DNA of 64,000 nucleotides from Spirochaetaceae bacterium (GTDB lineage Bacteria; Spirochaetota; Spirochaetia; DSM-27196; PWMO01): NCBI GenBank assembly GCA_007693485.1, contig REDM01000143.1, positions 5,803 to 69,802 of the forward strand, read 5' to 3'. Shown piece by piece: positions 44,568 to 52,930 of this stretch (position 1 is its first letter; each line of letters starts with the position of its first letter). The notes under the pieces were generated by a model. It saw only the letters and a program-made list of their open reading frames with translations, ran no database searches and was not told where the DNA came from. The position numbers and the translations under genes were made by a program.

Positions 44568-45604
44568 GGTTCGAGGTATCCCATCGCGAGCATCGCTTCG
44601 GCGTTGAGAATCGCGGCACCGGCGGCGCCGCGCACGGTGTTGTGCCCGAGAATCACCATCTTGACGTCAAACACCGGACACGGGCGGATCCGTCCCACCA
44701 CGGTTACCATGCCGTTGCCAAGCCAGACGTCACGGGCCGGTTGTGGGCGGTCGGGTGCATCGGTGACCACAATCGGTCGGTCGGGTGCTGAGGGGAGCTT
44801 CAGCTCCTGAGGCGGACCGGTGAATGTGCGTAAGCAATCGCTGACGTCCTCAGGCGAGACCCGTTGAGCGAAGCGAACCGACAGGGTTTCCGTGTGGCCG
44901 TCGAAGACCGGCACGCGGTTGCACTGGGCGCTTACCGCAAAGGGCGCAGGGACGATTTCCCCGTCACCGAGGGTGCCGAGAATCTTTGCCGCTTCGGTTT
45001 CAAGCTTCTCTTCTTCATCACCAATATAGGGAACGACGTTTCCCAGAATGTCCATTGAGGCTACGCCCGGATACCCGGCTCCGCTGATTGCCTGCATTGT
45101 TGTTACGTGTACCGCTTCCACCCCAAACCGTCGATGCAGGGGGGCCAGCACCATGGCGAGAAACATGGTGGAGCAGTTGGAGTTGGTGGTGATTGATCCC
45201 GCGTATGGCTGGCGCTTGAGCAGGGCAAAGTGGTCGCTGTTCACCTCAGGGATGATGAGGGGCACATCGGGATCCATACGGTGGTTTTTTGCGTTGCTGA
45301 TCACCGCGTGACCGCGTTTGGCGTATGACGTTTCCGCCGTACCCGCTACCGAACTGTCCAGGCCTGAGAACAGCACGGCACTGTCCAGTGGGGCGTCGGT
45401 CGTCTTCACGACCATGCTGCGCAGCGCTTCGGGAATCGGTTGATTCTGCTTCCAGCGGCACACCGACTGATACTGCTGGCCGGCCGACTGTGGGGAGGCG
45501 ACCAGCTCTCGCACTTCAAACTGGGGATGGTTGTCCAGCAACACGGCGAATTTCTGTCCGACCGTGCCGGTAGCGCCGAGGATGGCCACCGGGATCTTTT
45601 TCAT
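44564..45604 (-). CDS. asd: aspartate-semialdehyde dehydrogenase
   Basis: ATG at 45604 (GGAGG RBS) gives MKKIPVAILGATGTVGQKF, with active-site SNCSTM. The tracked start at 45646 adds 14 unsupported residues. Confidence 0.92.
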   Translation of the reverse strand: MKKIPVAILGATGTVGQKFAVLLDNHPQFEVRELVASPQSAGQQYQSVCRWKQNQPIPEALRSMVVKTTDAPLDSAVLFSGLDSSVAGTAETSYAKRGHAVISNAKNHRMDPDVPLIIPEVNSDHFALLKRQPYAGSITTNSNCSTMFLAMVLAPLHRRFGVEAVHVTTMQAISGAGYPGVASMDILGNVVPYIGDEEEKLETEAAKILGTLGDGEIVPAPFAVSAQCNRVPVFDGHTETLSVRFAQRVSPEDVSDCLRTFTGPPQELKLPSAPDRPIVVTDAPDRPQPARDVWLGNGMVTVVGRIRPCPVFDVKMVILGHNTVRGAAGAAILNAEAMLAMGYLEP

Positions 45605-45754
45605 GAGAGCCTCCAGTAACACCTGGGTGTCAGGGTTGGGGTTCACTGTAAGACAGTCAAAAACCGCCTGTCAATATCGCTGCGATGACGAAGCGCTTTC
45701 CCATGCCGGCGCCGTGTCGTATACTCGGCCGGGCGAAGAGCACCGGCAGAAACC

Positions 45755-48172
45755 ATGAGAGCAGAAGAACGAATCATACCAGCCGTTCGAGAACAGATGA
45801 AGCGCGCGATAGCAGACGCGGATGGGAACGAAGTGCTCTTTGTTGCCTCCCTGGATAGCGTCGGCATGATCGATACGGTCACCGTCCCCGCTCATGGACA
45901 CCAGACCGCGGTCGCCGCCCCACCTGTGCACACCGAGCGGGGCGACGTAGTGATTCACAATCATCCCTCGGGGGTTCTCACTCCAAGCGATGCCGATATC
46001 CAGGTTGCCGCCCAACTTGCCGCGGGAGGTATTGGGTCGTTCATTGTGGACAACGCGGTTGAGCGGCTGGTCGTTGTCGTGGAGCCCGTTCGCCGCCGAG
46101 CTCTGCAGCCGCTGGATGTTGATGCTCTTTGCGAGGTACTTGGACCGGGAGGGGCCTTGAGCCGCCTTCACCCCGGATACGAGCCACGCGATTCGCAGGT
46201 GCGGATGCTCTCTGTGGTGGCTGAATCGTTTAACGAAGCGCAGATTGCGGTGGTGGAGGCGGGAACCGGAACGGGAAAGTCGTTTGCCTATCTGATTCCC
46301 GCGCTCGCGTGGGCGGCGAGCAACGAGGAGCGAGTGGTGATCTCCACCGCAACGATCACCCTGCAACAGCAACTGATTGAGAAAGATATCCCCGAGGTGC
46401 AGAAGATTCTTGGTACGAGCGAGAAGGCCGTTCTGGTGAAGGGAAGGGGCAACTACCTGTGCCCCTTACGCCTGTCGGAGGCAATTGACGAAGAGGGGCT
46501 GCTGGGAATGGGCCGGGACTCGCTGGCCGCGCTGCGGAAGTGGTCGGATGAAACACCCACGGGGAGCAAGAGTGAGCTGCCCTTTCCGGTAAGCGAAGCG
46601 GTCTGGAGTCGCGTGAATTCGGACCCCGACGCATGTACCGGTATGCGCTGCCGACAGCAGGTAAACTGCTTCGTGATGCGCGCCCGACGCGAGGCGGCCG
46701 CCGCTCGCATCCTGGTTGCCAACCATCATCTACTCTTTGCCGATCTTGCGCTGCGCATCCGCGGCGTCGGCTTTGATCAAGCCGCGGTGCTTCCACCTTT
46801 TCAGCGTCTCATCATCGACGAAGCTCACACCATGGAGCAGAGTGCCACCTCGTACTTCTCTCACGCGTTCTCGCGCCACTCGATCGCGCGCTCCTGCGCG
46901 CGGCTCTATCGCTCGGTGGGCACGCGATCATTTGGGTTGTCGATACTGCTCGAGCAGCTTGGTGCCAACCAGTGGAGCGAGCTTCCGGGCATGATCGATT
47001 CGGTTCATGCCGCCGCGGACGTACTGAACGCAGTGGCGCTTGCCGGGGATGGTTCTTCGCGCCGGCTGCCGATGGACATCGACTCCGAAACACGGGCACG
47101 GCTCAACCGGGAGATGGATGAGGTGCGTTCGCGGATTCTGCTGCTGACCGACTACGTCTCAGTACGCATTCGAGGTCTGAGTGACGACGACCGCGACCGT
47201 CCAGAGGTGCATGAGACCCGTCAGATCGTACGCAGGCTTCAGGAGGTGGCAACGCTCTGTGAGCGCATCGCTCACTGCGAAGATGACCCCAAGACGGTCT
47301 ACTGGTTGGATCGGCGCCCGGGGGGTGGCGATCCCTTCGTTCGCTTTGTCGGAACCCCGGTGGAGATCGGACCGGTTCTCACGGAAGCGGTCTACGAACC
47401 GTTTGAAACGGTGGTGTGTACCAGCGCGACACTGAGCGTTGATGGATCGTTTGCCTACTGGGCGGAGCGTGTCGGTCTGGACGGAGCCGATTCCCAACGC
47501 GTGCGATTCGCCTCGTTGCCGTCGCCGTTTCGGTTTGACCGCCAGGTTCTGCTTGCCGCCCCCACCGACGCGCCCGCACCTGAATCCGGTGACTACCTTG
47601 CGTTTCTGTCGCGCTTCGTGACCGAGGTATTGGAACTTTCTGAAGGAAGTGGCCTGGTGCTCTTTACCTCGTACGGTATGCTGGACGCCGTCTATGCTGC
47701 AGTGCACCCGAACCTTTCGGCCGCAGGGATCACGGTCCTGCGCCAGGGTGACGATGACCGCAGTCGACTGCTTCGGGCCTTTACCGCCGACACGTCGAGC
47801 GTACTGTTTGCAACCGACAGCTTCTGGGAGGGCGTCGACGCTCCGGGGCAGACCTTGCGCGTGGTCGTAATCTGTCGGCTGCCCTTTCGCGTGCCGACCG
47901 ATCCGGTACTGCGGGCGCGGATGGACCTGCTGACGAGCCGAGGCGAGAGCGCGTTTGCCCGTCTATCGCTTCCCGAAGCAGTCATTCGTCTGAAACAGGG
48001 CTTTGGCCGACTGATGCGGCGCGCCGACGATCGGGGAGTTGTGATCGTCACCGATTCGCGCATCGTATCCAAGCCCTACGGCGCGCTCTTTGTTTCGTCC
48101 CTTCCGCAGACGGCACAGTCGATCAAGTCATCGCAGGCCATTCTGGAGGATATCGAGCGGTTTCTGTGGTGA
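45755..48172 (+). CDS. dinG: DinG/XPD-family ATP-dependent helicase with an N-terminal RadC-like JAB/JAMM domain
   Basis: Residues 1-115 contain E26 and HNHPSGVLTPSDAD (HxHx7Sx2D). Then Walker A AGTGTGKS, a 4-Cys cluster region (C..C..C..C), DEAH box IIDEAH, and helicase C-terminal motifs. Confidence 0.85.
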   Translation: MRAEERIIPAVREQMKRAIADADGNEVLFVASLDSVGMIDTVTVPAHGHQTAVAAPPVHTERGDVVIHNHPSGVLTPSDADIQVAAQLAAGGIGSFIVDNAVERLVVVVEPVRRRALQPLDVDALCEVLGPGGALSRLHPGYEPRDSQVRMLSVVAESFNEAQIAVVEAGTGTGKSFAYLIPALAWAASNEERVVISTATITLQQQLIEKDIPEVQKILGTSEKAVLVKGRGNYLCPLRLSEAIDEEGLLGMGRDSLAALRKWSDETPTGSKSELPFPVSEAVWSRVNSDPDACTGMRCRQQVNCFVMRARREAAAARILVANHHLLFADLALRIRGVGFDQAAVLPPFQRLIIDEAHTMEQSATSYFSHAFSRHSIARSCARLYRSVGTRSFGLSILLEQLGANQWSELPGMIDSVHAAADVLNAVALAGDGSSRRLPMDIDSETRARLNREMDEVRSRILLLTDYVSVRIRGLSDDDRDRPEVHETRQIVRRLQEVATLCERIAHCEDDPKTVYWLDRRPGGGDPFVRFVGTPVEIGPVLTEAVYEPFETVVCTSATLSVDGSFAYWAERVGLDGADSQRVRFASLPSPFRFDRQVLLAAPTDAPAPESGDYLAFLSRFVTEVLELSEGSGLVLFTSYGMLDAVYAAVHPNLSAAGITVLRQGDDDRSRLLRAFTADTSSVLFATDSFWEGVDAPGQTLRVVVICRLPFRVPTDPVLRARMDLLTSRGESAFARLSLPEAVIRLKQGFGRLMRRADDRGVVIVTDSRIVSKPYGALFVSSLPQTAQSIKSSQAILEDIERFLW

Positions 48173-48211
48173 TCGTCTTCCCAAAAAATGCACAGGCTTT
48201 GGAACAGTGCC

Positions 48212-48240
48212 AAAAAAAAGCAGCAGCGTGCCGCTGCTGC
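48212..48240 (-). terminator. rho-independent terminator of groES
   Basis: On the minus strand: GCAGCAGCG-gca-CGCTGCTGC followed by TTTTTTTT, 59 nt after the groES stop. It also lies 40 nt past the dinG stop. Confidence 0.8.
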
Positions 48241-48298
48241 TCCTGAATCGCGGAGTACGATTCACCGTGAATCGTGCTCCGCCTGTCGACCAAGCGCC

Positions 48299-48565
48299 TT
48301 AACCGACCGTCGCGATAATGTCGTCCATCTTGACGATGAGGTGCTCGACCCCGTCGATCTTGATGATGGTCCCCGCGTACTTGTCGTACATCACCTTGTC
48401 ACCGACCTTTACCTTGATCACGTCTTTGTCGTCACCAATCGCGACGACTACCGCGGTCTGGGTCTTTTCCTGGGCGGTTTCGGGAATGAACAGACCGCTC
48501 TTGGTCTTTTCCTCTTCTTTCTCCGTTTTCAGCAGTACTCGGTCTCCGAGTGGGCTTATTTTCAT
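48299..48565 (-). CDS. groES: co-chaperonin GroES (no adjacent groEL)
   Basis: MKISPLGDRVLLKTEKEEEKTKSGLFIPETAQEK...; AGGAGG RBS. Confidence 0.96.
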   Translation of the reverse strand: MKISPLGDRVLLKTEKEEEKTKSGLFIPETAQEKTQTAVVVAIGDDKDVIKVKVGDKVMYDKYAGTIIKIDGVEHLIVKMDDIIATVG

Positions 48566-48625
48566 GCTCTTCCTCCTGTCGCATCACATGAATGAGTGTC
48601 TTGGAATGAACCGTGTTCGCGCCAC

Positions 48626-48654
48626 AATATACGATGGAGGGTGTGCAAGGTCAA
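48626..48654 (-). promoter_or_regulatory. sigma70-type promoter for groES (TTGACC-17 nt-TATATT)
   Basis: Minus-strand reading gives TTGACC (48654-48649), a 17-nt spacer and TATATT (48631-48626), about 60 nt upstream of the groES ATG. Confidence 0.55.
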
Positions 48655-48662
48655 GCAAAATG

Positions 48663-48679
48663 CACCATGACGCATGGTG
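48663..48679. promoter_or_regulatory. 17-bp dyad CACCAT-gacgc-ATGGTG (candidate regulator or enhancer site)
   Basis: Perfect 6-bp inverted arms with a 5-nt spacer. Extended arms TGCACCAT / ATGGTGGA resemble NtrC-type half sites. It lies in the divergent groES / sigma factor intergenic region. Confidence 0.4.
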
Positions 48680-48852
48680 GAGCAAAAAAGAGACGTATTC
48701 TGGTATGTTTTGATACACATTGGGGCCGATATAACGCATGCGGGTCAATTCGACACAGTATGTCGTTGACATGGTTAAATCGACTTCTGTCGAGAATTCG
48801 ATAACTCTATGATGGGTATATAAATATGGCAAAAACCGCCCTGGCGGAAAGA

Positions 48853-48868
48853 TGGCATGATGTTTGCA
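48853..48868 (+). promoter_or_regulatory. sigma54 (RpoN) -24/-12 promoter: TGGCAT-N5-TTGCA
   Basis: GG at 48854-55 and GC at 48866-67 are separated by 10 nt, a near-perfect match to TGGCAC-N5-TTGCW. There are 28 nt to the sigma gene ATG, with RBS AAGGAGA at 48884-48890. Confidence 0.7.
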
Positions 48869-48896
48869 GTTACTATTACGTCAAAGGAGAACGAGC

Positions 48897-49778
48897 ATGC
48901 CTACTACCAGCAATACCCGTCCGGCACATTACTCCAGTTCCAGCCGGGATGACGAAAACGTACTTTCAATATACCTCAAAGAAATCAACAAAATTCCTCT
49001 GCTCACCCGAGAAGAGGAAGAGCGCTACGCGCGTGCCGCGGAACAGGGCGAGAAGTCCGCGAAGGACAAGCTCGTTCAAGCCAATCTTCGGTTCGTCGTG
49101 AACGTAGCAAAGAAATACCAGAACCAGGGCTTACCACTGTCCGACCTCATCAGCGAAGGAAACATCGGGCTGATGAACGCAATCGAGCGATTTGATGTCG
49201 ACAAGGGGTACCACTTCATATCCTACGCCGTGTGGTGGATTCGACAGGCAATCCTGAAGGCCATCTGCGAGAAGTCGCGCATGATCCGGTTGCCGCTCAA
49301 CCGTGCAAACGAGCTGGTTCAGATTGAGAAGGTCCGCAAGGACATCCAGGGAGTTCGTGGGGAAGACGCGGAAATGCGTCGTATCGCAGAGACCTTGAAC
49401 ATGAGTCAGGACCACGTGGCGGATCTCATCAATATTTCTCGCGACCTTATCTCGCTGGAGACTCCCGTGTACGCGGAAAAAGACTCTTCGCTTCTTGGCG
49501 ACTTTGTGGAAGATGAAGGATACCAGCAGCCGGAAGCAGAACTGATCGAGAAGGCACTCAAAGACGACATCAATGATGTATTGGCGACACTGAGCGACAA
49601 GGAATCGGAGATCATCCAGTTCCGTTTTGGCCTCAACGGTCGCAGTCCCCTCTCGCTGAAGGAGATTGGTGACAAATACAACCTCACGAAAGAGCGTATT
49701 CGGCAAATCGAGAAGAAGGCGCTCAAACGACTGCAGCACCCGAAGCGCAGTCGCTTCCTCGAGGCCTATGTAGCATAG
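48897..49778 (+). CDS. sigma70-family alternative sigma factor, group 2 / RpoS-like (293 aa)
   Basis: ATG at 48897 with AAGGAGA RBS. Regions 1.2-4 present: IYLKEINKIPLLTREEE, NLRFVVNVAKKYQNQGLPLSDLISEGNIGLMNAIERFD, YAVWWIRQAI, LKEIGDKYNLTKERIRQIEKKALKRL. No region 1.1. Confidence 0.88.
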   Translation: MPTTSNTRPAHYSSSSRDDENVLSIYLKEINKIPLLTREEEERYARAAEQGEKSAKDKLVQANLRFVVNVAKKYQNQGLPLSDLISEGNIGLMNAIERFDVDKGYHFISYAVWWIRQAILKAICEKSRMIRLPLNRANELVQIEKVRKDIQGVRGEDAEMRRIAETLNMSQDHVADLINISRDLISLETPVYAEKDSSLLGDFVEDEGYQQPEAELIEKALKDDINDVLATLSDKESEIIQFRFGLNGRSPLSLKEIGDKYNLTKERIRQIEKKALKRLQHPKRSRFLEAYVA

Positions 49779-49819
49779 ATCGGGGCAGAGCAGACCGAAT
49801 GAATCGAACCATACAGAAA

Positions 49820-49861
49820 GGCTCCTGTGTCGCGTTGTTGACACGGGGGCCTTTTTTCTTT
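49820..49861 (+). terminator. rho-independent terminator after the sigma factor gene
   Basis: GGCTCCTGTGTC-gcgttgtt-GACACGGGGGCC (12-bp stem with 2 G-U pairs) followed by TTTTTTCTTT. Confidence 0.75.
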
Positions 49862-49920
49862 AGGGTACGGAATTAAGACAAATCATCACGACTGAACACT
49901 TTCTGGGGGAAATAACAATC

Positions 49921-52587
49921 ATGGCAAACAAGAACGTCTATTTTTTTGGCGGCGGAAAGGCCGAAGGCTCTGCGAAAATGCGCGACCTGCTCGGTGGCAA
50001 GGGTGCCAATCTCGCCGAGATGACGGCGGTTGGGGTGCCCGTGCCTCCCGGCTTCACCATCTCCACCGAGGTCTGCGCGCACTACTTTGAGAACGGCAAG
50101 AAGTATCCCGCCGGCCTGGAGAAAGAGGTTGCCGATCATCTCGAGCGACTCGAGAAAATGATGGGCAAGAAGCTCGGTGACGCAAACGATCCCCTGCTGG
50201 TTTCGGTGCGCTCCGGCGCTGCCGCCTCACTGCCCGGCATGATGGACACCGTCCTCAACCTCGGACTCAACGACAAGGCGGTCGAAGGTCTCGCCAAACT
50301 TGCCGAGAATCCGCGGTTCGCGTGGGACTCCTATCGCCGCTTCATCAACATGTTTGGCAACGTGGTCATGGGTGTGGATCACCACCACTTCGAAGCCCAG
50401 CTGGACAAGGTGAAAGCGAAGAAGAAGGTCGAGCTCGACACCGATCTCAACGCCGATGACCTGAAAGAGGTCGTACGCCTCTACAAAGAGGTGTACAAGA
50501 AGCACACCGGCAAAGGCTTTCCGCAGGATCCGGTCGAACAGCTGTGGGCCTCGATCAACGCGGTCTTTGGTTCGTGGAACAACCCGCGGGCGATCTCGTA
50601 CCGAAAGATGAGCAACATCACCGGCCTCAAGGGCACAGCGGTGAACGTACAGTCGATGGTATTTGGAAACCTCGGTGACCACTCGGGCACCGGAGTATGT
50701 TTCTCGCGTGATCCTGCAACCGGACAGAAGATCTTCTACGGTGAGTACCTCATCAACGCTCAGGGCGAAGACGTCGTCGCCGGTATCCGTACCCCGCTCA
50801 CCATCTCGACGCTGCAGAAGAAGAACAAGAAGATGTACGACCAGCTGGTTGAGGTGAAGGACCGGCTCGAGGCCCACTACCGTGATATGCAGGACATGGA
50901 GTTCACCATTCAGCAGGGCGAACTCTTCATCCTTCAGACCCGAAACGGAAAACGAACCGGCGCAGCCGCGGTCAAGATTGCCGTCGACATGGTCGCCGAG
51001 AAAGTAATTAACGAAGAAGAAGCGGTGAAGCGCGTGACCCCCGAGCTGCTCGACCAGGTCTTTCATCCAATGATCGACCCCAAGGGCAAGAAGGGCGTGA
51101 AGGTGCTCTCCAAGGGGCTCAACGCCTCTCCCGGCGCGGCCACCGGTCAGATTGTATTCACCGCCGAAGATGCCGAGGCCTGGGTGAAGCAGGGCAAGAA
51201 GGTGCTGCTGGTTCGCAAAGAGACCTCACCCGAGGATATCGGCGGCATGCATGCAGCAGAGGGTATTCTTACCTCCACCGGCGGAATGACCAGCCACGCG
51301 GCGGTTGTTGCGCGTGGCATGGGAACCCCCTGTGTGGCCGGCGCCAAGGAAGTGGTGGTTTCCGGCAAGGTGATGGAAATCAAAGGGAAGAAGTTCAAAG
51401 AAGGTGAGTTCATCACCATCGACGGTTCCACCGGTGAAGTCTTCGCCGGACACCTCGATCTGGTTCAGCCCAAGGTATCCGGTGAGCTGAAGACCTTCCT
51501 CTCCTGGACCGACAAGATTCGTAACCAGGCAAAACGCCCCGGTCTGGACCAGGTCGGCTTTAACATCCGCACCAACGCCGACACGCCCGAGGACTCCAAG
51601 CGTGCGCGTGAGTTTGGCGCCGAAGGAATCGGGCTCTGCCGCACCGAGCACATGTTCTTCGATGAAGACCGCATCCGTATCTTCCGCGAAATGATCCTGG
51701 CCGAAGACCTCACCGCGCGTCAGAAGGCGCTCAAGAAGCTGCTCCCGTACCAGAAAAAAGACTTCAAGGGCATCTTCAAGGCGATGAACGGTCTGCCCGT
51801 TACCATCCGACTGCTCGATCCGCCGTTGCATGAGTTCCTTCCTCAGGTGAACGATGCAGCCAAGATCAAAGAGCTCGCAGAGATCACCGGGGTATCGCCG
51901 GCGAAGATCAAGGCGAAGATTGTCTCGCTTCACGAGCTCAACCCCATGCTTGGGCATCGAGGGTGCCGTCTTGGCATCACCTATCCGGAAGTGTATGACA
52001 TGCAGGTCGAGGCGATCATCAGCGCCGCCGCCGAGTGTGCCGCCGCGAAGATCAAGGTTCTGCCGGAGATCATGATTCCCCTCGTGGGAACCGTGAAAGA
52101 GCTTCAGGTGCTGCGCGACAACGCCGAGGCCATCTGCAAGAAGGTCCTCGCCGCAAAGAAGTCGAAGGTTCAGTACCTGATCGGTACCATGATTGAGATC
52201 CCGCGGGCGGCCCTGGTAGCCGACGAGATCGCGAAGGTTGCCGATTTCTTCTCGTTCGGCACCAACGACCTCACCCAGATGACGCTTGGCTACTCGCGCG
52301 ACGACGTGGGAAGCTTCCTGCCGCTCTACGTGGAGCAGGGTATTCTGGAGAACGACCCGTTTGCGGTCCTCGACCAGACCGGCGTTGGCCAGCTTGTGGA
52401 AATGGGAACCAAGAAGGGTCGTGCAACCAACGACAAGCTCAAGGTTGGTATCTGTGGCGAGCACGGCGGGGAACCTTCATCGATCGAGTTCTGCTACCGA
52501 ACCGGCATGAACTACGTTTCGTGCTCACCCTTCCGCGTGCCCATCGCGCGGCTTGCAGCAGCACAGGCGGTCATCAAGAACCGTTGA
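49921..52587 (+). CDS. ppdK: pyruvate, phosphate dikinase
   Basis: 888 aa; MANKNVYFFGGG...GGKGANLAEM, phospho-His loop GGMTSHAAVVARG, C-terminal CGEHGG. Confidence 0.96.
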   Translation: MANKNVYFFGGGKAEGSAKMRDLLGGKGANLAEMTAVGVPVPPGFTISTEVCAHYFENGKKYPAGLEKEVADHLERLEKMMGKKLGDANDPLLVSVRSGAAASLPGMMDTVLNLGLNDKAVEGLAKLAENPRFAWDSYRRFINMFGNVVMGVDHHHFEAQLDKVKAKKKVELDTDLNADDLKEVVRLYKEVYKKHTGKGFPQDPVEQLWASINAVFGSWNNPRAISYRKMSNITGLKGTAVNVQSMVFGNLGDHSGTGVCFSRDPATGQKIFYGEYLINAQGEDVVAGIRTPLTISTLQKKNKKMYDQLVEVKDRLEAHYRDMQDMEFTIQQGELFILQTRNGKRTGAAAVKIAVDMVAEKVINEEEAVKRVTPELLDQVFHPMIDPKGKKGVKVLSKGLNASPGAATGQIVFTAEDAEAWVKQGKKVLLVRKETSPEDIGGMHAAEGILTSTGGMTSHAAVVARGMGTPCVAGAKEVVVSGKVMEIKGKKFKEGEFITIDGSTGEVFAGHLDLVQPKVSGELKTFLSWTDKIRNQAKRPGLDQVGFNIRTNADTPEDSKRAREFGAEGIGLCRTEHMFFDEDRIRIFREMILAEDLTARQKALKKLLPYQKKDFKGIFKAMNGLPVTIRLLDPPLHEFLPQVNDAAKIKELAEITGVSPAKIKAKIVSLHELNPMLGHRGCRLGITYPEVYDMQVEAIISAAAECAAAKIKVLPEIMIPLVGTVKELQVLRDNAEAICKKVLAAKKSKVQYLIGTMIEIPRAALVADEIAKVADFFSFGTNDLTQMTLGYSRDDVGSFLPLYVEQGILENDPFAVLDQTGVGQLVEMGTKKGRATNDKLKVGICGEHGGEPSSIEFCYRTGMNYVSCSPFRVPIARLAAAQAVIKNR

Positions 52588-52646
52588 CCGTTGGACCGTA
52601 TAAGTCCAACGGACTGAAGACGGTGAACCCAGCATCTGTTGAGCGA

Positions 52647-52679
52647 AGCCGGCCTCCTTACGGGGGTCGGCTTTTTTTT
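52647..52679 (+). terminator. rho-independent terminator of ppdK
   Basis: AGCCGGCCTCC-ttac-GGGGGTCGGCT followed by TTTTTTTT, 60 nt after the stop. Confidence 0.8.
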
Positions 52680-52745
52680 GGTACGGGATGCTCATGGTGG
52701 AAAGCGCGGCGGGAATGCAATCACACGCTGGGACAAAACCCCTGC

Positions 52746-52775
52746 AAAAAAAAGACCCTGCCGAAGCAGGGTCTT
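52746..52775 (-). terminator. rho-independent terminator of tRNA-Phe
   Basis: Minus strand: AAGACCCTGC-ttcg-GCAGGGTCTT followed by TTTTTTTT, directly after the tRNA 3' end. Confidence 0.8.
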
Positions 52776-52848
<73 letters not shown>

Positions 52849-52866
52849 GAGTAACGTGTGGCCTTG

Positions 52867-52895
52867 TTTATATGAGATTTCCGTTTTGGTGTCAA
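52867..52895 (-). promoter_or_regulatory. sigma70-type promoter for tRNA-Phe (TTGACA-17 nt-TATAAA)
   Basis: Minus-strand reading gives TTGACA (52895-52890), a 17-nt spacer and TATAAA (52872-52867), with about 18 nt to the tRNA 5' end. Confidence 0.65.
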
Positions 52896-52930
52896 GGGCG
52901 GGAGTCAAAAAACCGGCGACTTGACCGGGT

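Noticed and set aside
45605-45754. Lysine riboswitch or T-box leader upstream of asd-lysC.
   Set aside because: Only 150 nt are shared with the divergent dinG promoter. I could not find the conserved L-box helices or a terminator/antiterminator pair. A TTGACA is present (minus strand) but has only a poor -10.
48566-48625. CIRCE (HrcA operator) in the groES leader.
   Set aside because: No inverted repeat resembling TTAGCACTC-N9-GAGTGCTAA is present on either strand.
48766-48771. TTGACA hexamer upstream of the sigma factor gene as a sigma70 -35 element.
   Set aside because: No acceptable -10 hexamer lies 16-18 nt downstream (GTCGAG, TGTCGA).
48826-49101. 91-aa ORF (MAKTALAERWHDV...) and the TTG start at 48864 upstream of the sigma factor gene.
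   Set aside because: Both overlap the -24/-12 element and lack an RBS. The ATG at 48897 has AAGGAGA at ideal spacing and yields a normal sigma N-terminus.
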